IMG/VR virus record: IMGVR_UViG_3300005512_000306
Coordinates: 1 to 25,049 of that record
From: a virus
Lineage: Duplodnaviria; Caudoviricetes
Length of the DNA: 25,049 bases
Reading direction: 5' to 3' (one strand)
Shown here piece after piece: positions 17,061 to 25,049 of the stretch. Made by a program: the position numbers and the translations under genes. Numbering within the stretch: position 1 is the first letter of the stretch; every line of letters begins with the position of its first letter. The notes below the pieces were generated by a model. That model did not search any database and had not been told where the DNA came from. It worked only from the letters and a program-made list of their open reading frames with translations.

Positions 17061-18041
17061 TTAATAGTTAGATGGATGAGTTAAAATAACACCAAGAGTG
17101 TCAACACGTTGAGCACCTAAGCCATAACGTGATGTTACTTGATACTTGTCTGCACGTTCTTCGTTGTCTCTCCAGCCTTCTGTCTGAGGAGCTCGTCTCC
17201 AAGCATGCATAATTGGCTTACATGTATCATCTGCTACGCACATGAAGATGTTAGCCTTATCACCAACAGCTGCTGTTTCAGATGTTAAACCATATGAAGA
17301 AGCATTAATAGCTTCAGAAGCTGTTAATGTAGGTAGGAAGTTAGAAGTGTAAACATCCCAACCAAATACGTTTCTTACGAAACGATGGTCACGAGCAAAA
17401 CCTTCTGTTACCATACCTTCAAACATTGGGTTGTTTGATACGTTAACTAAGTTGGTTAAGCTATTTAATGTAGCTTCAACAACAGGGTCAACAATAGCAA
17501 TACGACCACCAGCTGGTGAGTTTGCTTTATCAAATGCAAGCTTCATAGAAATGAAGTCTTCCAATGTAATAGTTCTAGCATTAGATGCTGCAGAACCTAC
17601 CCAACGGTGTGGTCGACCATTAACTAAGTTAAGATTTGCACCTGTTTGAGCTGCATTAGCTACGCTTAGGAAACGTGTTTCATGGTTTTCACCAAGAGCA
17701 CGTGTTGATTCCATAGCACGCATAGCCATTAAAGTATCAACTTGAGAACCATCTTCACGAAGGTCATCAGAAACTTTCCATGCATCACCAACATAGTCAG
17801 TGATAGTAAGAGTTAATGTACCTGTGTCGATAGGACTATAGTTGAGAGGAGTATCCTCAGCTGCATCTTGAATTGTTACAGTACCTACTGTCTTGATGTT
17901 TAAAGTTGTACCTGAACCGAAGTCTGTTACATCTCTCCACATACCTTCAGGAAGTAGATAGTCATGTAAGTTCTCAAGAATAAACTGTGAATACTGTTGT
18001 GCTTCAATAAAAGCACTAGTATTACTAGTCAATTGTGACAT
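17061..18041 (-). CDS. Major capsid protein
   Basis: 326 aa following portal and scaffold; GTTLNIKTVG, RIAIVDP, VFGWDVYTSNFLP and YGLGAQR match podovirus HK97-fold MCP patterns; GAGGA RBS. Confidence 0.88.
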   Translation of the reverse strand: MSQLTSNTSAFIEAQQYSQFILENLHDYLLPEGMWRDVTDFGSGTTLNIKTVGTVTIQDAAEDTPLNYSPIDTGTLTLTITDYVGDAWKVSDDLREDGSQVDTLMAMRAMESTRALGENHETRFLSVANAAQTGANLNLVNGRPHRWVGSAASNARTITLEDFISMKLAFDKANSPAGGRIAIVDPVVEATLNSLTNLVNVSNNPMFEGMVTEGFARDHRFVRNVFGWDVYTSNFLPTLTASEAINASSYGLTSETAAVGDKANIFMCVADDTCKPIMHAWRRAPQTEGWRDNEERADKYQVTSRYGLGAQRVDTLGVILTHPSNY

Positions 18042-18051
18042 AATTTATCCT

Positions 18052-18768
18052 CTACGCTTGTTGTTTAATTTTCTCACCAGCTGCTCTCCAAGCATCAACT
18101 AAATCTTTAGTAGACTTATTTTTACCTACTCGAGCTGAAAACTCTCCTGTAGGTTTAGTTTGTGCTAAAGATTCAGTATTTACAGAACCAGAAGACTTAG
18201 CTACATTAGATGGAGCTGAGTCAGTAAGCCCTGCTAGTCGTAAGACTACACTAGGTGAACTAGTAGCGAGACTGTTAAGTTGTTGAGTTGACATACCTAA
18301 CTCACCAGCAAGTTTGTTATAAACAGTTTCTGCTTGAGACCCATACTTACCCTGAAATTTTTGAGCTACAGAGTCAGCATTTTGTTTAGCAGTCTTGGTC
18401 TGTTCATTACGCTGGAGTGTTTGATTTACCAAACTCATAATAGCGTCTTCGTTTAACTCAACCCCTTGAGTGGTGTTCTCTGCGGGTTGTCTAGTTTCAG
18501 ACTTTAATTCATCAAGAAGTTCTTGTGTAGTTTTGCGTTTAGTTAGTTCTTCTTTCAACTGCGACATCTCTTCCTCTAGGGTTTTGATGTGCTGTTGAGC
18601 ATGAGGAACTGACCTAAGTGCTTCCACTGCATTAGCATACTTCTTACCCTCACCAACTAAGTCTTGAGCTTCTGTCGGAATTTCAAATAGTTTTGCTTGG
18701 GTATCTGTTTGTTGAGTTTCTTGGGTATTTGACTCAACAGGTTGTTCTGTTATTGTTTCTTCTGTCAT
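18052..18768 (-). CDS. Capsid scaffolding protein
   Basis: 238 aa; acidic Q/T/E-rich N-terminus, coiled coil (HIKTLEEEMSQLKEEL), between portal and MCP; GGAG RBS. Confidence 0.78.
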   Translation of the reverse strand: MTEETITEQPVESNTQETQQTDTQAKLFEIPTEAQDLVGEGKKYANAVEALRSVPHAQQHIKTLEEEMSQLKEELTKRKTTQELLDELKSETRQPAENTTQGVELNEDAIMSLVNQTLQRNEQTKTAKQNADSVAQKFQGKYGSQAETVYNKLAGELGMSTQQLNSLATSSPSVVLRLAGLTDSAPSNVAKSSGSVNTESLAQTKPTGEFSARVGKNKSTKDLVDAWRAAGEKIKQQA

Positions 18769-18989
18769 GTGTTATCTCCTTGGTCAGGCAATAAACTATA
18801 CAGTTTTGTAAAAGCTTTTTGAATGCCTTGGAGATAAGCTTGATGGTATGACCATGAGGGCATACTAAAGTTTTCTTCATCCATTGCTTTTCGTTGAGCT
18901 AATTTAATCTGTTCGTTACAGTAGTTTTTAATCTCTTGTAATGTTTCTTGTTTACTTAGACTCTTACCTTTGTCAGATTTCAAATCCAT
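18765..18989 (-). CDS. Hypothetical protein (74 aa), first gene of the capsid operon, probably leaderless
   Basis: ATG lies 7 nt downstream of TATAAT with no SD; ATGA overlap with the scaffold start. Confidence 0.75.
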   Translation of the reverse strand: MDLKSDKGKSLSKQETLQEIKNYCNEQIKLAQRKAMDEENFSMPSWSYHQAYLQGIQKAFTKLYSLLPDQGDNT

Positions 18990-18995
18990 ATATTT

Positions 18996-19024
18996 ATTAT
19001 ACCATATAATTAACGAAATGTCAA
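18996..19024 (-). promoter_or_regulatory. Consensus sigma70 promoter with extended -10
   Basis: Minus strand TTGACA-tttcgttaattatatgg (17 nt, ending TGn)-TATAAT in the 39-nt gap after the portal gene. Confidence 0.88.
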
Positions 19025-19028
19025 GTAA

Positions 19029-20807
19029 TTAGTTACCTAACTGTTGGTCAAGTATTCTTTCATCAACAGTAGGAGCTACTTGAGTTTCTTGCAAGTCTTG
19101 TTGAATTTGCATTTTAAGTTTTTCTTGTTCAGCTAATTCAAATAATGCAGCATTATCTTTCATAAAGTCAAACTTTTCAAAACCCATATACTCTTCAACC
19201 ATATTTGCAAGTTTTTTAGCAGAAATATGAGGAGCAATCATTTGCCCTACTGGACTATTAAAGACTCCTAACATATTTTGCATTAACTGAGCACGTGTTG
19301 CGTAATGTCTAGCACCAATAGGTCTAAGTTTACCACGAGCAGTTAAATCTTCTTTAGTAACAGATAGAAAATCTATTACACCATAATCATCATCCATAAC
19401 TTTAGCTAGTTCTGGAAGATTCATATTACGTTTAGCAGTTTCTAGCATAGTATTTAGTATAGGTTCTAGAAATTCTACTTCAAATTGATTAATTTTATTT
19501 TGGAATATACGTGATGCAGCATTTTGTAACTGTTGCACTTCAAATGCAGTCTTCTCACCAGGACTTCTAAAGCCCATAGCCTCTTTAGGAGCTCCTGCCA
19601 TCTCTTCCATAATGTTTAATATTGCAGCAATCTCATTATTTACTTGAAAAGCAGCAGCATTAGGAGGCATAGTCTCTACATTACCATCTTCTGGTATATG
19701 AATAGTCTGTTCAGGACCCCATTCAAAGGGTTCTACATCACCAGTTATCTTAAGAGGAGGATGAATAGTAAGGTCTAAAGCATCTGCTTTAAGATTTTCA
19801 AGGTGGTCAACACGATATTGTAATCCAACAAGGTTGTCTAATGGACCCATAGCATATAAGTTGTCCGTTCTTTTTCTCCAACCTACATGATGTTTATTAT
19901 CACGACCAATATAACTAGGGTTATCAATATTTCGTAAGATGTAAGCTCTATCAATGATAGTAATAATTTTATTTTTATGTAATTTCTTTTCAACTGTATC
20001 ATAGAAATCACCTTCAAATTCTAGTAACTCTACATAACCGGACTGATAGTATTCTTGTAGTGTACCAAAACCTTCTGATATGTATGGACTAGCCTTATTA
20101 ATATCTTCTTGTCTAAACTGTGATAAACTATTTCTAATATCAAGAGCTTTATTTACAGCTTTTTGGTCATAACCTAAGTCTGGTCTTTCTTCCATATCAA
20201 TCATTAGTTCACCTACAGATTTAACATAGCGTGTAAACTTAGGAGACTTATCAAATGAAGGAGCAGTAGGATTAAATACAATATCAAATGGTGATATTCT
20301 AGTTAACTTAGGACCATTGTAAGTTGTAATAGTTTCTTTAGTTAAAGGGTCAATATGGTCTTCATTTACATATTGTACTTCTGCAAAAGCATTACCATAG
20401 TCAATATAATCATATACAAGTTTAGATACTGTTTCTCTAAATCCTGATTCTTTTAATTTAGTTTTAAGATAAGCTTCAATAGCTCTACGTTTTGCAGCAT
20501 AACTATCTTCTAGTGTAGCCCCTTCCCACTTCATCCAGTCATCATTAGGAAATAAAGCATCCATGTAGTTAGCATGTAAGTTATCTCTAATCTGTGTTAA
20601 CTTAGGTAAAGTAGTTTTGTTTTTCCAAGGAAGTTTAGAATTAGATGTAGTGGATGTATCAGTAGCAAAAATATAACTACGCAGTTCTCTCCATTCTGCT
20701 TCTTTACTTTCTCTTTGAATCCACCATTGATTATACAACTCAGCAAGATTTCTTGCCATTGTATCTGCATCTATAGCTTTTTCAAATTGTGCGACTCTGC
20801 CTGCCAT
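19029..20807 (-). CDS. Portal protein
   Basis: 592 aa directly after terL; WRELRSYIFATDT...PWKNKTTLPKLTQIRDNLHANY, DYGNAF, RISPFDIVF, GEKTAFEV. Confidence 0.87.
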   Translation of the reverse strand: MAGRVAQFEKAIDADTMARNLAELYNQWWIQRESKEAEWRELRSYIFATDTSTTSNSKLPWKNKTTLPKLTQIRDNLHANYMDALFPNDDWMKWEGATLEDSYAAKRRAIEAYLKTKLKESGFRETVSKLVYDYIDYGNAFAEVQYVNEDHIDPLTKETITTYNGPKLTRISPFDIVFNPTAPSFDKSPKFTRYVKSVGELMIDMEERPDLGYDQKAVNKALDIRNSLSQFRQEDINKASPYISEGFGTLQEYYQSGYVELLEFEGDFYDTVEKKLHKNKIITIIDRAYILRNIDNPSYIGRDNKHHVGWRKRTDNLYAMGPLDNLVGLQYRVDHLENLKADALDLTIHPPLKITGDVEPFEWGPEQTIHIPEDGNVETMPPNAAAFQVNNEIAAILNIMEEMAGAPKEAMGFRSPGEKTAFEVQQLQNAASRIFQNKINQFEVEFLEPILNTMLETAKRNMNLPELAKVMDDDYGVIDFLSVTKEDLTARGKLRPIGARHYATRAQLMQNMLGVFNSPVGQMIAPHISAKKLANMVEEYMGFEKFDFMKDNAALFELAEQEKLKMQIQQDLQETQVAPTVDERILDQQLGN

Positions 20808-20816
20808 ATGTATTCC

Positions 20817-22346
20817 TTAGAATGTTACTCCACCAAATCTGGAGTGTGTCATAACGTTTTTACTTAAATAACTAATATTGTTTCTGAGTTTTGGTACTAA
20901 AGATATTGAAATAGCATTAGCCATTGCATCTTTAATATCATCATGAGGTGGATGTGTCATAGTTAATTCTTCTTCAAGAGGTTGACAATTACCACCTTTG
21001 TAATGCCACATTTGTTGATTGTGATATTTAGGTTCTAGTATTGCATTGATACGTTGTCGTTTATCTCCCATGTATCTTGTAGGTCTAAACTCATCTATTA
21101 CTAATGGAATACCATTAGGTCTAAGATAACTATCTTTAAGTTCTTTAACAATAGTTTGTTGAGCTACTGTAATTTCAGCTCGTAGTTTTCTAAAACCCCA
21201 CTTCTCCCAAGCTCGTAAAATATGTTCATAGTATTCTACAATCCTATCAGTTTTAAATCTGTCAATATCTAATACGTAGTAATTAGCTTGATGGTCTACA
21301 CCTATAATAACAAGAGCTGTACTATCAGCTTGTTTACGTAAAGAGAATGCAAAGTCAATTGCTGCATAAACATTTAACTTTCTATCTCGTATATACCAAT
21401 CCCCTTCTTTATTTTGTAATACACTTCTATCATAATATTGAAAGTTATCTGTAGATATATTTGCAGTTTCTTTACTATTAGGGTCATTGTAATACTGTGC
21501 AAAGAACTGAGTTTGGTCAATATACTTAGCTCTAATTCTTGCTAATTCTTTTGCATCAAATCCAAAAGCTTTACCATCTTTTCTTTTTTGTTTAGCCCAA
21601 AGAAACTCACCATCTTTTTCTACTACTTTTTGAAACAATTCATATACTGGTTCTTCTGTTTCTAAATCGCCATCTTCATCATACAAAGATTCTTTCATGT
21701 TAACCATAGTATCATAAATATCCCTAGGATGATAACGGGTACCAACCACCCACTCAAGAGCTCCAGGATTTTCAATAGAAGCGAGTTGGGAATATGCTGA
21801 AGAAACTTTATCTCGCCCTTCTTCCGTATACGCATTACCAGGAACAACAATGTCATCAAGAACAACAATATCAGCATGAAATCCAGTAGTATTAGAAGTA
21901 AGCCCAACGGCTTTAACAGTAGCGTCTCGAACACCCTCTTCCTTTCTTCTTGGATGGTCTACTGCTATTTCAGCAACAGCCCACCGTTCACGTTTACCTT
22001 CCTCAGGATTAATCATTTCTGCCCAGTATCGTTTATAGATAGGACTATCTATAATATTTTTAATAGCATACAATTGTTTTTCAGCAAGGTCTGCTGTTGC
22101 AGATACGTATAGTATTGTAGTTTCAGGATGCTTAGTAATCCACCAAGCAGTTCTATAAGCTACTAACTTAGACTTCATATGTCCACGAGGAAGTAATACT
22201 AATTGATTAGCTTTAGCATCTTGCCTTTGCCACCACTGTATTAATTCTTCATGTATAGCACCTAACATTAAATGAGGAGCTACTAATCTTATAAAGGTTA
22301 GTAAATCATTTTCTGCTGCCTCTCTGATTTGGTCAATCTGAGTCAT
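20817..22346 (-). CDS. terL: Terminase large subunit
   Basis: Walker A LLPRGHMKS, Walker B IVVLDD, coupling motif VVGTRYH, nuclease acidic motifs AAIDFA/DSTAL/HDDIKDA. ATG 22346 (MTQIDQ) is preferred over 22406 because a separate small gene occupies 22348-22479. Confidence 0.93.
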   Translation of the reverse strand: MTQIDQIREAAENDLLTFIRLVAPHLMLGAIHEELIQWWQRQDAKANQLVLLPRGHMKSKLVAYRTAWWITKHPETTILYVSATADLAEKQLYAIKNIIDSPIYKRYWAEMINPEEGKRERWAVAEIAVDHPRRKEEGVRDATVKAVGLTSNTTGFHADIVVLDDIVVPGNAYTEEGRDKVSSAYSQLASIENPGALEWVVGTRYHPRDIYDTMVNMKESLYDEDGDLETEEPVYELFQKVVEKDGEFLWAKQKRKDGKAFGFDAKELARIRAKYIDQTQFFAQYYNDPNSKETANISTDNFQYYDRSVLQNKEGDWYIRDRKLNVYAAIDFAFSLRKQADSTALVIIGVDHQANYYVLDIDRFKTDRIVEYYEHILRAWEKWGFRKLRAEITVAQQTIVKELKDSYLRPNGIPLVIDEFRPTRYMGDKRQRINAILEPKYHNQQMWHYKGGNCQPLEEELTMTHPPHDDIKDAMANAISISLVPKLRNNISYLSKNVMTHSRFGGVTF

Positions 22347-22347
22347 G

Positions 22348-22479
22348 TTATTTTTTCTTTTTCTTTTTGCCCCAGTTGTTTTGCATATCTTTATATGCTT
22401 TAGCACTTATAGTAGATTTCTTTTTACTTCTACTAGTGCCTGCTTTTTTTCTTTTATTTATATTTTCTACTAAACTCAT
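22348..22479 (-). CDS. 43-aa highly basic protein
   Basis: Hand translation MSLVENINKRKKAGTSRSKKKSTISAKAYKDMQNNWGKKKKKK (16 K/R); TAATG coupling upstream. Confidence 0.8.
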   Translation of the reverse strand: MSLVENINKRKKAGTSRSKKKSTISAKAYKDMQNNWGKKKKKK

Positions 22480-22751
22480 TACCATTTCACCTTATCAGCC
22501 CAATAAGCTGCACTCATTTTACCTTTAGATATATTCTTAGCATGTCTAGCTTTAAATGATTTACGTCTAGCTTTTTGTTTAGCTGTGCTAGGATTTTTAC
22601 CAGCACCACTAACACCTTGTTGTCCAAACCTAATAATCTTTTCTTTACCATTAGCACAAGCTTTAACTACATGTGATTTAGTTTTATGCCCTGATGTACG
22701 TTTAGGTTTATTACATGGCATATCTTTTTTACTTACAGATTTAGTAGCCAT
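22479..22751 (-). CDS. Basic phage hypothetical protein (90 aa)
   Basis: IRFGQQG...ARRKSFKARH...SAAYWADKVKW pattern, which I recall from a widespread aquatic-phage family of unknown function; TAATG coupling. Confidence 0.78.
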   Translation of the reverse strand: MATKSVSKKDMPCNKPKRTSGHKTKSHVVKACANGKEKIIRFGQQGVSGAGKNPSTAKQKARRKSFKARHAKNISKGKMSAAYWADKVKW

Positions 22752-23143
22752 TACTTAGAGATGCCTTTTAACTTTTCAAAAGTTCTTAACCCTGCCATAC
22801 CTAACATAGCAAAGGTAAGTTCTAATAAAATGTCATGGTCTATTGTAGGAATAGGGCTTGTTACTCCATCTAATCCATCTACATAAACTACAAGAGGATG
22901 TCCTACAAATAACCAGAATATACCAATAGCACATGACCAACCAATCATAGGTCTCCAACCAGCAACAAAGACTGACCGGTGTTGTGCTTCTGCTTTATTA
23001 ATTTCTGCTTGTGCTAGATTAAGTTTACTAGCATTATCAATTAAAGTCTTTTCAATTTCTTGTTTAGCTTTTTCAGCACCAGCTTTATCTGGTATAATTT
23101 TATCTAATACTGGTCCTATTAATGGAAGGATAGCTTGTAACAT
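22751..23143 (-). CDS. Holin, GTA 3TM-holin family
   Basis: NKAEAQHRSVFVAGWRPMIGWSCA...MLGMAGLRTFEKLKG signature. Confidence 0.85.
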   Translation of the reverse strand: MLQAILPLIGPVLDKIIPDKAGAEKAKQEIEKTLIDNASKLNLAQAEINKAEAQHRSVFVAGWRPMIGWSCAIGIFWLFVGHPLVVYVDGLDGVTSPIPTIDHDILLELTFAMLGMAGLRTFEKLKGISK

Positions 23144-23290
23144 TTATTTCCACCATTTAAATTTATTTACTAAATTATTTAGTCTTACTTTATTTACTCT
23201 AATAGCTGTATCTAGTTTAGGCATTACCCACTTTCTAAGTAATACTTCCCAAACTACAACACTAACTATTACTACAATTAATGCATTCAT
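23144..23290 (-). CDS. 48-aa single-TM membrane protein
   Basis: Hand translation MNALIVVIVSVVVWEVLLRKWVMPKLDTAIRVNKVRLNNLVNKFKWWK; AGGAG RBS. Confidence 0.75.
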   Translation of the reverse strand: MNALIVVIVSVVVWEVLLRKWVMPKLDTAIRVNKVRLNNLVNKFKWWK

Positions 23291-23299
23291 ATTATCTCC

Positions 23300-23473
23300 T
23301 TAAATATGTAGAACACTCATAACTACAGCTACAGCAATAGCACCAAAGCCTGTTAGAATTCCCCAAATTAATTTCCAAAGCATTTGTTCAATACGGTCTA
23401 ATCTATGATGTATTGTGTCATATCTTTCTGCACAAAGTTTTTCGTGAGCTAACAGTTCTTCGCGTGGTGACAT
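23300..23473 (-). CDS. 57-aa XhlA-like membrane protein (lysis-associated)
   Basis: Hand translation MSPREELLAHEKLCAERYDTIHHRLDRIEQMLWKLIWGILTGFGAIAVAVVMSVLHI: short coiled coil plus C-terminal TM helix; GAGGAGG upstream; TAATG coupling. Confidence 0.75.
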   Translation of the reverse strand: MSPREELLAHEKLCAERYDTIHHRLDRIEQMLWKLIWGILTGFGAIAVAVVMSVLHI

Positions 23474-23640
23474 TAATTATCAGCCTCCTCTGGTGTATTA
23501 CCTTCACTCAACCATTGTAAGTATGTTGGGTTAGTGTCATCTACTGGAAAAGATGTAAAACTACCATTACCATTATCTATAATAATATGTTCTTGAGTTT
23601 CGCCTTTAATACTTTTTGTTGTTAATATTTTATATGTCAT
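23473..23640 (-). CDS. Small tail-fibre-associated (chaperone-like) protein
   Basis: FP.D..N..YLQWLSEGNTPEEAD C-terminus; start at ATG 23640 (GGAG upstream) rather than 23655. Confidence 0.7.
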   Translation of the reverse strand: MTYKILTTKSIKGETQEHIIIDNGNGSFTSFPVDDTNPTYLQWLSEGNTPEEADN

Positions 23641-23641
23641 G

Positions 23642-24760
23642 TTATAGCTCCGCATTAAACGCTATGTAATTAGTACTACCATTTGGCAATACAGCATACA
23701 TTTTTTGTGCTGTTAATCCTGTAGATGTAAAGTTCATAGTACAAGATGTTGTTCCAGATTCTGCTATTCCAACAGCACTAAATGCTGTTACTGCTCCTCC
23801 AAGCCACCAACCTAACCCAGAATAATCAATAGAAGAAGCATTACTTCTCATAGTAACTGGAAATGGTACATGACCATACATATTAGTCGTATTAGCAGCC
23901 ATTGCCCAAGCAACCCAGTTATTGCTTGAAGTTGAATTCCATTTATAATAATACCTTTGACATCTTGCTAACTCTATATCATAAGGTCTGTGCTCAAAGG
24001 GTGTGGCTGTATCCCCTACTTCTAGTTGTACGGCTGTAATGTTCATATAGTTAGAAGTAGTATCGGCTAAATTAGATACTCCAACAGCTCTGTTTGCACT
24101 TGTAGCTGCTCCCCATGATGTTTGTAATGTTCCTGATGTGTAAGTAGAGCCAGCACCCAACCAGAAATATAAGTATAAAGCACCACTATTATTATTAGCT
24201 AATGTTCCAGTAGTGTCGCCTGCATAAGTAATGGTTTTCTTTTCCCAAGTATCTGTCGTGTCTATTGTAAAAGATTTATTAATATGTCTTGCGTTAGTTC
24301 CATCAAACAATTCAGCAATGTATAGACCTGTTTTGTTTGATTTTACCCAAAACGATAGAGTAACTGATTCAGCATTAGCTGTACCTTTTTTAAGTTGTTG
24401 TAAATTTTGACCTTCAATACCTTGTGATAATAATAAAAAATCACCTGTTGCTGGACTTGCATCTGCTGTGGTACATAACATTTTTACGCTATTTGCAAAA
24501 CCTTGTCCACCAGGCACATCAGTATCTTGACTCATTGTCCAAGTACCTAGAGTTTGAGGTGAAAAAGCAAATCTATCAACACTATGATAACCACCAGAAG
24601 TAATACTGCTAGTACTTGTACCTCTCTGAGCCACCTGCATCGCACCATTGATGATAATGTTTTTTGTGCCTAGTGGTACTGTAGATGCAAAGTCAGCAGT
24701 AACAATACTGCCATCGGTTATCTTGTCTATGCCTGTATCGCCATTGATTATGACTGCCAT
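23642..24760 (-). CDS. Tail fibre / receptor-binding-type protein
   Basis: KNIIINGAMQVAQRG...DRF...TLSFWVKS...QLEVGDTATPFEHRPYDIELARCQRYY...FPVTMR...NAEL; carbohydrate-binding-like fibre domain common in aquatic phages. Confidence 0.72.
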   Translation of the reverse strand: MAVIINGDTGIDKITDGSIVTADFASTVPLGTKNIIINGAMQVAQRGTSTSSITSGGYHSVDRFAFSPQTLGTWTMSQDTDVPGGQGFANSVKMLCTTADASPATGDFLLLSQGIEGQNLQQLKKGTANAESVTLSFWVKSNKTGLYIAELFDGTNARHINKSFTIDTTDTWEKKTITYAGDTTGTLANNNSGALYLYFWLGAGSTYTSGTLQTSWGAATSANRAVGVSNLADTTSNYMNITAVQLEVGDTATPFEHRPYDIELARCQRYYYKWNSTSSNNWVAWAMAANTTNMYGHVPFPVTMRSNASSIDYSGLGWWLGGAVTAFSAVGIAESGTTSCTMNFTSTGLTAQKMYAVLPNGSTNYIAFNAEL

Positions 24761-24918
24761 TATTCTGCCTCCTCTGGTTCGTTTCCTTCAGCTTTCCACG
24801 CTAAAAATTCTTGGTAGTCTTTATTTGCTTCGTCTGCTGGAATTAAAGCATTATCAGATAGTCTAATAATTGCTCCAGTTTCTTCGTTTGTTATTGCATC
24901 TTTATATTTTTTATACAT
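24760..24918 (-). CDS. Small tail-fibre-associated (chaperone-like) protein, paralogue of 23473-23640
   Basis: Hand translation [52 protein letters not shown]; GGAG 8 nt upstream; TAATG coupling downstream. Confidence 0.78.
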   Translation of the reverse strand: MYKKYKDAITNEETGAIIRLSDNALIPADEANKDYQEFLAWKAEGNEPEEAE

Positions 24919-24920
24919 AA

Positions 24921-25049
24921 TCATAACTCCGCATCAACTTTCCAGTTAGTAATATAATTTCCATCTCCTGTTTTTGTAAAACTAAAATCACTTATAGATG
25001 CAGTACCTGCTGCTCCAGTTCCACCAACAACAGTAACAGTTGGAGATGC
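24921..25049 (-). CDS. Partial (C-terminal end) tail-fibre-type protein
   Basis: Hand translation [42 protein letters not shown]; ends in DAEL, like NAEL of 23642-24760. Confidence 0.7.
   Translation of the reverse strand, partial: ASPTVTVVGGTGAAGTASISDFSFTKTGDGNYITNWKVDAEL

Noticed and set aside
17049-17100. Possible T7 10A/10B-style frameshift or read-through joining MCP to the decoration protein
   Set aside because: No slippery heptamer seen near the MCP end, the 11-nt spacer is out of frame, and the downstream gene has its own strong RBS.
16084-17649. Alternate-frame or antisense ORFs 16084-16317, 16643-16906, 16800-17042 and 17431-17649
   Set aside because: Fully nested in structural genes; Leu-rich frames arise from T/A third-position bias.
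21695-22112. ORFs 21695-21934 (-) and 21876-22112 (+)
   Set aside because: Nested in terL; no supporting signals.
22347-22406. N-terminal extension of TerL from 22406
   Set aside because: Overlaps the well-formed 43-aa gene 22348-22479; ATG 22346 fits better.
24648-24866. 72-aa plus-strand ORF
   Set aside because: Antisense to two coupled minus-strand genes.
23642-25049. Diversity-generating retroelement target in the tail fibres
   Set aside because: No reverse transcriptase and no TR/VR pair differing at adenines within the window.
1-25049. tRNA, CRISPR array, intron/intein, integrase, stop-codon recoding
   Set aside because: No intergenic space or repeat-spacer pattern; nrdJ and terL are uninterrupted and of normal length; genes tile fully under the standard code.

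Overview
AT-rich, gene-dense fragment of a lytic podovirus-type dsDNA phage with two convergent arms, an organisation resembling SIO1/VpV262/cobavirus-like (Zobellviridae-type) phages; this assignment comes from motif recall and gene order, not a search. The + arm (1-2948) is the end of the replication/nucleotide-metabolism module: a monomeric class II (B12-dependent) ribonucleotide reductase, three small ORFs and a SLOG/DUF2493-like protein. The - arm (25049 to 2935) is the late module: tandem tail-fibre plus chaperone pairs, a holin cluster, small basic proteins, terminase large subunit, portal, scaffold, major capsid protein (MCP), decoration/fibre proteins, tail adaptor and nozzle, internal (ejection) proteins and a pesticin-type muramidase. 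Eight short or partial CDSs missing from the ORF track were recovered by hand. The most unusual observation is a 45-aa mini-gene (15079-15216) whose first 17 residues copy the MCP N-terminus (14/17 identical) fused to a Lys/Arg-rich tail. Also notable are a perfect sigma70 promoter placed to give a leaderless capsid-operon mRNA that ends at a cUUCGg terminator, and an apparent complete absence of GATC.
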